From a virus (Duplodnaviria; Heunggongvirae; Uroviricota; Caudoviricetes): 64,000 nucleotides of DNA. The notes beneath the pieces were generated by a model. The model saw only the letters and a list, made by a program, of their open reading frames with translations, made no database searches and was not told where the DNA came from. Both the position numbers and the translations under genes were made by a program. Where the stretch lies: IMG/VR virus record IMGVR_UViG_3300014205_000001, positions 32,001-96,000 of that record; one strand, given 5' to 3'. Within the stretch, counting starts at the first letter, position 1; each line of letters starts with the position of its first letter. This document shows positions 57,618-64,000 of the stretch, piece by piece.

Positions 57618-59975
57618 ATGACAACTAAACTTAAATATCTTAAGCAATTTTTTGATTCTTTATGGGATGGTGATTATATAGAATTTTTTAAAAAGCCAAT
57701 AGCTACTGATATTAGTCATAAATCGTTGCGTTATAGAATTTCTACAGATACAGAATATAATAATGGTAGTGAAATAATCTTAAAAGATAATATACGTATC
57801 ATAAATGGTGTAACAATTGTTGTAGATAATTTATACAGTAATGGTTTTGCACCCATAAAATCAATACCATATTTAAAACAAATATCAAATTCTTATGATA
57901 GTGATTCATTAAGTTATTTTAATGAATTACCAATACAACCAACATCTGAGTATAAAAATGTTATAAATAGTACAATTATTTCTCTTAAACAATCTGCCAA
58001 TTTTTCCAAAATTGATCGTTTAACATTATATTGTTCTGAACAAAGAGAAAATGCAGTTATATCATTAGTCAATCCAACATCTACTCCGAGCGAAGAAGTG
58101 GGAGGTGTTTCGTGGGTAGCCTTTAATGGCTATAAAGGAGGTGACAATACAAAACATATAGATTCTCATTATAATCCAGTAAGTGATGGTGTAAATTATA
58201 CACAAAATTCTTCTTGTTTTTTTATATGGTCAAAGGAAAATGTTTCTGATACTGGTGTAGATGGAGGTATTCAAATAGGTGAAACAGGTTCGGGAGCTTT
58301 TGTGTTTTCAAACATAAGCGGCACATTATATGCATCTATGAATGATAACGTGGCTGGCGGTATCACTATCCCAATATCAGGTGCAGGTCTTACCACTATT
58401 GTAAGAACAACAAGTACAATAGTACAAGTTTGGCATAATGGTGTAAAACTTATTGAAACAACTGTCGCTTCTACAGCATTACAAAATTTCAATTTTTGGT
58501 GGTTAGCTTTAAATCGTGAAAACGTATCTGCTTTTCCTAGTGCTCGTGAATTAGCTTTTACAGGTAATGCATCAGGAGATTTAGATCAAGTATCTTTTTA
58601 TAATACAATGCAAGAACACATGACAGCTATTGATTTATTACCAATACCTCCAGCACCTCCTGATCCCGGTATTAGTGATGTAGTTGCTAAAATTCATTTT
58701 CCTTCTTTACTTGATGTTTCTGGAAATGATTATCATAGTATTTTAGGAGATTCTTTACCCGGTGGAATAACTGCTCCCTTACAATCAGGTGGCAAAACTA
58801 TTTTTAATGGATTACAATCTATAAAATTAAATGATAATTTGCCAATAACTGTATTAAAAAATCACACACAATTTTTTAATATTTATTGCGAATCACCTGA
58901 AGAAACGCAAAATTTTCTTAATTTAGGAACTATATATCGTATGGGTAGTTGTGTATTTGTAGAAACTATAGCTGGACCTCTAAAAAGAAGTATGGTTGGT
59001 GGTGTATACTTAGATGAAAATGCTACAACAGAACCAGTTTATGGTAAATCTCTCCCTAAATTACAATTAGGTAATAACACTATTGGTATATCTTTTAGTG
59101 GAACAGATGTCATAATATTTATTAATGGTATTATTAGTAAAATAACATCGAATAATGCTTATCCTGCAACTGGTTTAAGTGGTTGGTTTGGTGCTTGGGT
59201 TGGTTCTGCTGCTAATAATTTTACTCTCCCAGCTTATTATAGTATAAATGATAATGAACATTTATGGATTTATGATTATTCTGCAACAGCTGTTGAAATG
59301 CAAGTAAAAGGTAATGCAATGATGCGTGAAGCTGGAGTTTCATTAGTAGTATTTGAAGGTGATAGTATTACATTAGGCTATGGTGTAACTACTAATGCAA
59401 ATAATTGGCCGTCTGTTGTTACTCAATATCTAATAGATAACACTGACAAAAAATGGGCTTCGCTAAATATTGGCGTGGGTGGAAGAACACTAGCCGCTGC
59501 TGCTGCTGCTTGCGATCAAAACAATTACTCAATTTCAGGAAACGGTATTTCACCTTGTGTTATTAATGTTATTGCTCCTGCTCAAGGTGAAGGGGTTTTG
59601 AATGTATATAATGTAATGATGGGGATAAATGAAATAGCTAATGGAGCAACATTAGGTGCATTACAAACATCATTAACAACTCTTATAACATTTAGAAATA
59701 ATCAAGGATTCGATTGTTATGTATATAGTATAACACCTGCTGCTGAATTAGATGGTTCTGAAGAATCTGTAAGATTAGCATTTAACGCTTGGTTACCGAC
59801 AGTTGCAAACACTTTAGGATTTACATTTGTAAATGTGTGTGCAAATACAAATTTAAACAGTCAAGCTTCTAGTGCTAATACAACATATTTTACTGATGGT
59901 ATACACTTAACGGATTTAACATGTACAAGTATAATTGGTCCGATGGGCGGAGCAGCAATAGTTGCAGATATTTAA
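57618..59975 (+). CDS. SGNH/GDSL esterase with LamG-like domains and conserved N-terminal module
   Basis: EGDSIT, GINE, DGIHL; shared N-terminus; TAATATATA upstream. Confidence 0.85.
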   Translation: MTTKLKYLKQFFDSLWDGDYIEFFKKPIATDISHKSLRYRISTDTEYNNGSEIILKDNIRIINGVTIVVDNLYSNGFAPIKSIPYLKQISNSYDSDSLSYFNELPIQPTSEYKNVINSTIISLKQSANFSKIDRLTLYCSEQRENAVISLVNPTSTPSEEVGGVSWVAFNGYKGGDNTKHIDSHYNPVSDGVNYTQNSSCFFIWSKENVSDTGVDGGIQIGETGSGAFVFSNISGTLYASMNDNVAGGITIPISGAGLTTIVRTTSTIVQVWHNGVKLIETTVASTALQNFNFWWLALNRENVSAFPSARELAFTGNASGDLDQVSFYNTMQEHMTAIDLLPIPPAPPDPGISDVVAKIHFPSLLDVSGNDYHSILGDSLPGGITAPLQSGGKTIFNGLQSIKLNDNLPITVLKNHTQFFNIYCESPEETQNFLNLGTIYRMGSCVFVETIAGPLKRSMVGGVYLDENATTEPVYGKSLPKLQLGNNTIGISFSGTDVIIFINGIISKITSNNAYPATGLSGWFGAWVGSAANNFTLPAYYSINDNEHLWIYDYSATAVEMQVKGNAMMREAGVSLVVFEGDSITLGYGVTTNANNWPSVVTQYLIDNTDKKWASLNIGVGGRTLAAAAAACDQNNYSISGNGISPCVINVIAPAQGEGVLNVYNVMMGINEIANGATLGALQTSLTTLITFRNNQGFDCYVYSITPAAELDGSEESVRLAFNAWLPTVANTLGFTFVNVCANTNLNSQASSANTTYFTDGIHLTDLTCTSIIGPMGGAAIVADI

Positions 59976-60032
59976 TAAATTTTTCAAAGTTTATACATTA
60001 AACATTTCTATCACTTTCTTCATATAACAAGC

Positions 60033-60179
60033 ATGAAGAAAACATTACTCTTTCAACTAGCAGGTTCTTTAATCATGTTATCGTTTACATTAGTATTTCC
60101 TACGTATGCTATACAAATAGCACTCGCTACTATTATGGGATATTTATTAGAAATTATTTGGAATCAAGACCATAAATAA
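60033..60179 (+). CDS. Small 2-TM membrane protein
   Basis: Read manually: MKKTLLFQLAGSLIMLSFTLVFPTYAIQIALATIMGYLLEIIWNQDHK. Confidence 0.6.
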   Translation: MKKTLLFQLAGSLIMLSFTLVFPTYAIQIALATIMGYLLEIIWNQDHK

Positions 60180-60180
60180 T

Positions 60181-60486
60181 ATGATAAATAAAGTAACATT
60201 CGTCTTAGATCGACCATTAATTTTATATTCTCCACCTACACCAGATTTAAATGTTGTAGACATATATGGTTTTAAATTTATTGAAGGGCACATACCTGCA
60301 AAAGTATTAGTATTACAAGATTTCGATGAACCTTTATTTACTTTAGGTCACTGTTTACATATAAATTTACAAAACAAATCTTTTGATTTCGATAATTGTC
60401 TATTTATTCAAAAATTTGACAATAAAACTATTATGCAATTTGAAAATTATTCAGATTCTTATGTAAATAATTTTCAAAATGATTAA
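60181..60486 (+). CDS. Hypothetical protein
   Basis: 101-aa ORF. Confidence 0.65.
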   Translation: MINKVTFVLDRPLILYSPPTPDLNVVDIYGFKFIEGHIPAKVLVLQDFDEPLFTLGHCLHINLQNKSFDFDNCLFIQKFDNKTIMQFENYSDSYVNNFQND

Positions 60487-60559
60487 ACTTTTTTATAAGA
60501 ACGCAATATAATAAGTAACACAAAACAAACAGCAATAAAAAGAATAAACAGCAAAACAA

Positions 60560-61564
60560 ATGGCAACAAAACAAACAGAACAAAACGATGAATTATTCGG
60601 TGGCGGTAGTCAGGAACAATCATCTTGGTTAGACAAAAAACCAAAAAACGACGACGGACTTTTACGTCCAAAGTTAGAACAAGGTGAAAATGGAGTACGT
60701 GAATTAACAGTACGTATCTTACCAAATTTACAACGTAATGGCAAAGTAGGGCCAACAGCGATTGAAAAATCGATCATCTACGCAAAATTCCCAAACAATC
60801 CTGACCTTCAAGGTTATTTCGATTCTTTAAAAGGAGTTGGAAAAGAATGTCCTTTAACTAAGACATATTGGTTGTTGAAAAATTCAAAAAATCCAGCAGA
60901 CAACGACAAAGCTGCATTAATTAACTCAAGCAAAAAATATTACGCTTATGTGTTAGTTACTGAAGATTCTCAGGTGCCTGACAATGAAGGTAAAATCTTT
61001 ATCTTTCCTTTTGGATTCAAGATTTTTGAAAAAATCAAAGCGCAAGCAGAGAAAAAGAAAAATCCTTGCAAAGTAGAAGATTTAACTACAGGTAAAGATT
61101 TAACTCTTCGTATTAAAGAAGTTGGTGGTTTTTATAACTATGATACTTCGGAATTTGAAGAATCAGCACCTATTACGTTTGGTGGTAAACAATTGGAAGT
61201 TTCCAGCAATGGTAAAATTTCTACAGAAGAACGTAATCGCGTTACTGAATTTCTTTTCAGCCGTACTCACGAATTGGAAGAATTTGCAGCAAAAGATTGG
61301 ACTCCTGAACAATACGACAAAGCAAACAAAATCATTGCTCTGTTAACAGGTACAGGTTACGATGCAACATCTAACATCGCTGATTCAAAACCAGCAGCTA
61401 AACCTTTAACATCTTCAAATGTTTTCGGTGATAACGACGATGACGATGAAGACGAAAAACCAGCAGCTAAAATGAAAGCAGCTACAAAATCTGAACCAGA
61501 TGCTTCAACAGCAAAGAAAAAAGCGAAAGCTTTCTTCAATGACGAAGAAGAAGAAGGAGCATAA
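60560..61564 (+). CDS. Single-stranded DNA-binding protein (T4 gp32-like)
   Basis: VRILPN, CPL, YYAYVLV.ED...NEGKIFIF.FG.KIFEKI, G.D..L.IK.VGGF.NYD.S.F, acidic tail. Confidence 0.9.
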   Translation: MATKQTEQNDELFGGGSQEQSSWLDKKPKNDDGLLRPKLEQGENGVRELTVRILPNLQRNGKVGPTAIEKSIIYAKFPNNPDLQGYFDSLKGVGKECPLTKTYWLLKNSKNPADNDKAALINSSKKYYAYVLVTEDSQVPDNEGKIFIFPFGFKIFEKIKAQAEKKKNPCKVEDLTTGKDLTLRIKEVGGFYNYDTSEFEESAPITFGGKQLEVSSNGKISTEERNRVTEFLFSRTHELEEFAAKDWTPEQYDKANKIIALLTGTGYDATSNIADSKPAAKPLTSSNVFGDNDDDDEDEKPAAKMKAATKSEPDASTAKKKAKAFFNDEEEEGA

Positions 61565-61692
61565 CTCACTCACTAATACGATTTTTAAAGGTGGCAACGT
61601 AATGAAAATTATGTCAAACGATAAAACTAATAATTTTATCGCGGATCACTACTCGGTACAGTTATAATAGTCCTAAAGTATTAGTACGTAAT

Positions 61693-61726
61693 AAAAACCA
61701 TTCTACTCAAATTAGAATGGTTTTTT
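61693..61726 (+). terminator. Intrinsic terminator
   Basis: aaaaaccattcta...tagaatggtttttt. Confidence 0.8.
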
Positions 61727-61766
61727 GTTTTAAACAAACCCAATTTATAGCCATATATATTTTAAC

Positions 61767-62732
61767 ATGAATAATATTAATGACATCTTAAATAAAACGT
61801 ATCAGCGTATCGGATCAGCAAGTGGTGATACATTTTACGCTCAACAAATCGACGGAGAATTCGTAATTTTCAGTAATGGTGCAAGAATTAAATTGACAAC
61901 ATTACTAGCAGATTTCCAACCTATTAATAGTAATGGAACTGTAAACGAAAGTGTCCAAACAGTTAATACACCTGATGTAAATCCTGACACTTTCTTTAAT
62001 TCAACGACACCTTTACCTCAAGTAAAAACAGTTGACCAATTAGTCGAACCCACAGTTGTGCCTTCAATGATTGATGGTAAACCTGCACTCAATACGCCAG
62101 TCACAAATCAATTAGGTGGATTAAATTTAACAGAAGATAATACACAACAGTCAGGACTTAATTTAACGAATACACCTCAAGCAGCTACACAAACAAATCG
62201 ATTACCTGAATGGGATAGTTTTGATCGTGTAAAGAAAACAGAAGATGTTGAATTAAACGTAACAATCAATATTAGATTACCTAAAGCACGCCACATTGAA
62301 TCAATTAATGATATGTACGAAACATCTTTCATTGCATATTTGGCTAAACAATACATGGCTGACCCAGGAAATATTCAAAAACAAATTCGTGAAGCAATTG
62401 AAGAATGGGTAGAAATTGAAATGAATGGTGGTAAACCTAAAAAGAAAAAAATTAGTAAAACTATTAAACCGAAAAAAAATAAAGGTTTAAATTTAGCACC
62501 CACACCTAAAACTGTAAAAACAGAAGATGTGCCAATTGTGCCTATTGGCGGTTCAGCTGCATCAATGTTTGGTCAAGAAATTGTAAAAGATGTTACAAAA
62601 TTAGCAGTCATTGCAGAAGAAGAACAATACATTGCAGCAAAAAAATATTTCAGTAAATTAGAACCGAATCATAAAGATTATTACCGATTTGAAGGAATGA
62701 TTAATTTATGGGAAGATGAAAATACAAAATAA
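61767..62732 (+). CDS. Hypothetical protein
   Basis: 321-aa ORF after a TAAAC-N17-ATATA motif. Confidence 0.75.
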   Translation: MNNINDILNKTYQRIGSASGDTFYAQQIDGEFVIFSNGARIKLTTLLADFQPINSNGTVNESVQTVNTPDVNPDTFFNSTTPLPQVKTVDQLVEPTVVPSMIDGKPALNTPVTNQLGGLNLTEDNTQQSGLNLTNTPQAATQTNRLPEWDSFDRVKKTEDVELNVTINIRLPKARHIESINDMYETSFIAYLAKQYMADPGNIQKQIREAIEEWVEIEMNGGKPKKKKISKTIKPKKNKGLNLAPTPKTVKTEDVPIVPIGGSAASMFGQEIVKDVTKLAVIAEEEQYIAAKKYFSKLEPNHKDYYRFEGMINLWEDENTK

Positions 62733-62734
62733 TT

Positions 62735-63124
62735 ATGGAAATCAAAAAAGAATACGTAGTAGAAGCGAAACGCATTATCGTTCAGTATCACGAAACAATT
62801 GAAAACGTAACAAAATTCACGTTAAAATTAGAAGTTGCTAAATCAGAATTATTGAATATGCAAAGTGATGTTGAAAAATTACATACAAGTCCTGGAACAG
62901 ATTTGTTGAAACATCAACAAACGTATGAGATTATGTTAAAGTACGAACGTACAATTTCAGAATTACATAAACTGTTACAACCTTATGTAGATGCATTGGA
63001 AAATATTAAAAAAGACAGTAAGGCACTCTATAAAGTCTTATTGGAAAAATATCCAATGTATGACGAAAAAGGATTACAGGAACAGTTATTTGCACAATTA
63101 GACGAAATGAAAAAGGAAAGTTAA
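62735..63124 (+). CDS. Coiled-coil hypothetical protein
   Basis: 129-aa ORF. Confidence 0.7.
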   Translation: MEIKKEYVVEAKRIIVQYHETIENVTKFTLKLEVAKSELLNMQSDVEKLHTSPGTDLLKHQQTYEIMLKYERTISELHKLLQPYVDALENIKKDSKALYKVLLEKYPMYDEKGLQEQLFAQLDEMKKES

Positions 63125-63142
63125 TTAACTTTCCTTTTTTTT
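63110..63142. terminator. Bidirectional terminator
   Basis: aaaaaggaaagtt-aatt-aactttccttttt between convergent genes. Confidence 0.75.
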
Positions 63143-63707
63143 ATGTGTTCCAATCTGATCTAGGTTTAACTTGTCGTTCGGCTCCTTGATAACCTGAAGT
63201 TTTCACTTTTTCAAAAAAGCTTTTAATGAATTTAAAACATTCACGAGCATCTTTAAATTCTTTTACGTCTAATTCATTTTTATATCCTTCGTATTCAAGA
63301 TACCAAACGTTATTACGATGATATGCTTGTGAAACTAATGCAGCATCTTCACTTACATCAAAACCTGTAGTACCAAAAGCAACTTCACCGTTTTCATCAT
63401 TGTAAATATCCTTAAAATTAATATCGCCTTGATAAGGTTTACCATTAAATTGGTATAATTTTCCGTTTCTAATAATTGGACTGTAACCTCCATCGTATCC
63501 CATATCCATATAAGAAGCTTTTGGGTCAAGCTTTTTAACTTGTTCATGTAACCATAAAGCTCCCATTAAACCATTGTACTTAATTACTTCATCAACAAAT
63601 TTTTGTTGATCAATAGGAATTGTGCCATTATTTGAAATAGCAGATAAACTTTCCTTTAAATAATCTTTAGGAAGTGAGTTGCGAAATTCGTTTATACTTG
63701 TTATCAT
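63141..63707 (-). CDS. Putative capsid-targeted internal protein
   Basis: MITSINEFRNSLPKDYLKE. Confidence 0.6.
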   Translation of the reverse strand: MITSINEFRNSLPKDYLKESLSAISNNGTIPIDQQKFVDEVIKYNGLMGALWLHEQVKKLDPKASYMDMGYDGGYSPIIRNGKLYQFNGKPYQGDINFKDIYNDENGEVAFGTTGFDVSEDAALVSQAYHRNNVWYLEYEGYKNELDVKEFKDARECFKFIKSFFEKVKTSGYQGAERQVKPRSDWNT

Positions 63708-63709
63708 AA

Positions 63710-64000
63710 TTATATTACTGGTTCAGGTGCGTTTGTAGGAGGCGGTGGTAATTTATTTGTATTAGTTTTATTAACTAAATAAGTACAATATTCATCAATC
63801 GTTCTGTTTGGACCTAAATAAGATTCAAAACGATCTGAATCAATCATATTAAGTTCAAAAAATTCTATTAGTTCTGCAATTTTTTCAGCAGCATTTTCAG
63901 GTGTAACTGTATCTAAAATTGCATAATATTGGTCTTGAATTTCACCATCTTCAGGCATGTATTTATCCATCTTCCATTCAATTTCTGAAAAATCAATTTC
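63710..64000 (-). CDS. Hypothetical protein (5' end probably outside the window)
   Basis: Reading frame stays open to the window edge. Confidence 0.6.
   Translation of the reverse strand, partial: EIDFSEIEWKMDKYMPEDGEIQDQYYAILDTVTPENAAEKIAELIEFFELNMIDSDRFESYLGPNRTIDEYCTYLVNKTNTNKLPPPPTNAPEPVI

Overview
AT-rich, gene-dense 64 kb segment of a large T4-like (jumbo) phage, probably infecting Bacteroidota. Host assignment is inferred from the lack of Shine-Dalgarno sites, a TAnnTTTG promoter element and BspA/SGNH surface proteins. All calls were made by eye, without database searches. T4-type genes include a gp46/SbcC ATPase, gp32 SSB, gp26/gp51-like hub proteins, a degenerate terminase-ATPase paralog and a RuvC-like resolvase. 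The phage carries its own translation-rescue kit (SmpB, tmRNA, ClpP, six tRNAs) and many NAD/ADP-ribose and RNA-end enzymes (Tpt1/KptA, ADP-ribosylglycohydrolase, ART-like, two Nudix). The best candidate for an undescribed system is the tRNA operon (13859->12351, minus strand). It appears to be controlled by two ribosome-mediated attenuators whose unannotated leader peptides carry codon runs matching the downstream tRNAs: VVGQQGAAAV before the Val/Ala/Gly/Gly/Gln/Gln tRNAs, and QWQQQQ before two tRNA-Gln and a GatB/YqeY-tail gene. Each leader has an antiterminator/terminator pair. Other notable signals are a shared N-terminal 'MITSINEFR..(I/L)xE' peptide on about 11 unrelated proteins (T4-like capsid-targeting signal), a shared ~90-aa N-terminal module on four proteins with swappable SGNH/LRR heads, a tRNA-Gln with a long variable arm, and a 36-aa tmRNA tag ending in ELV.
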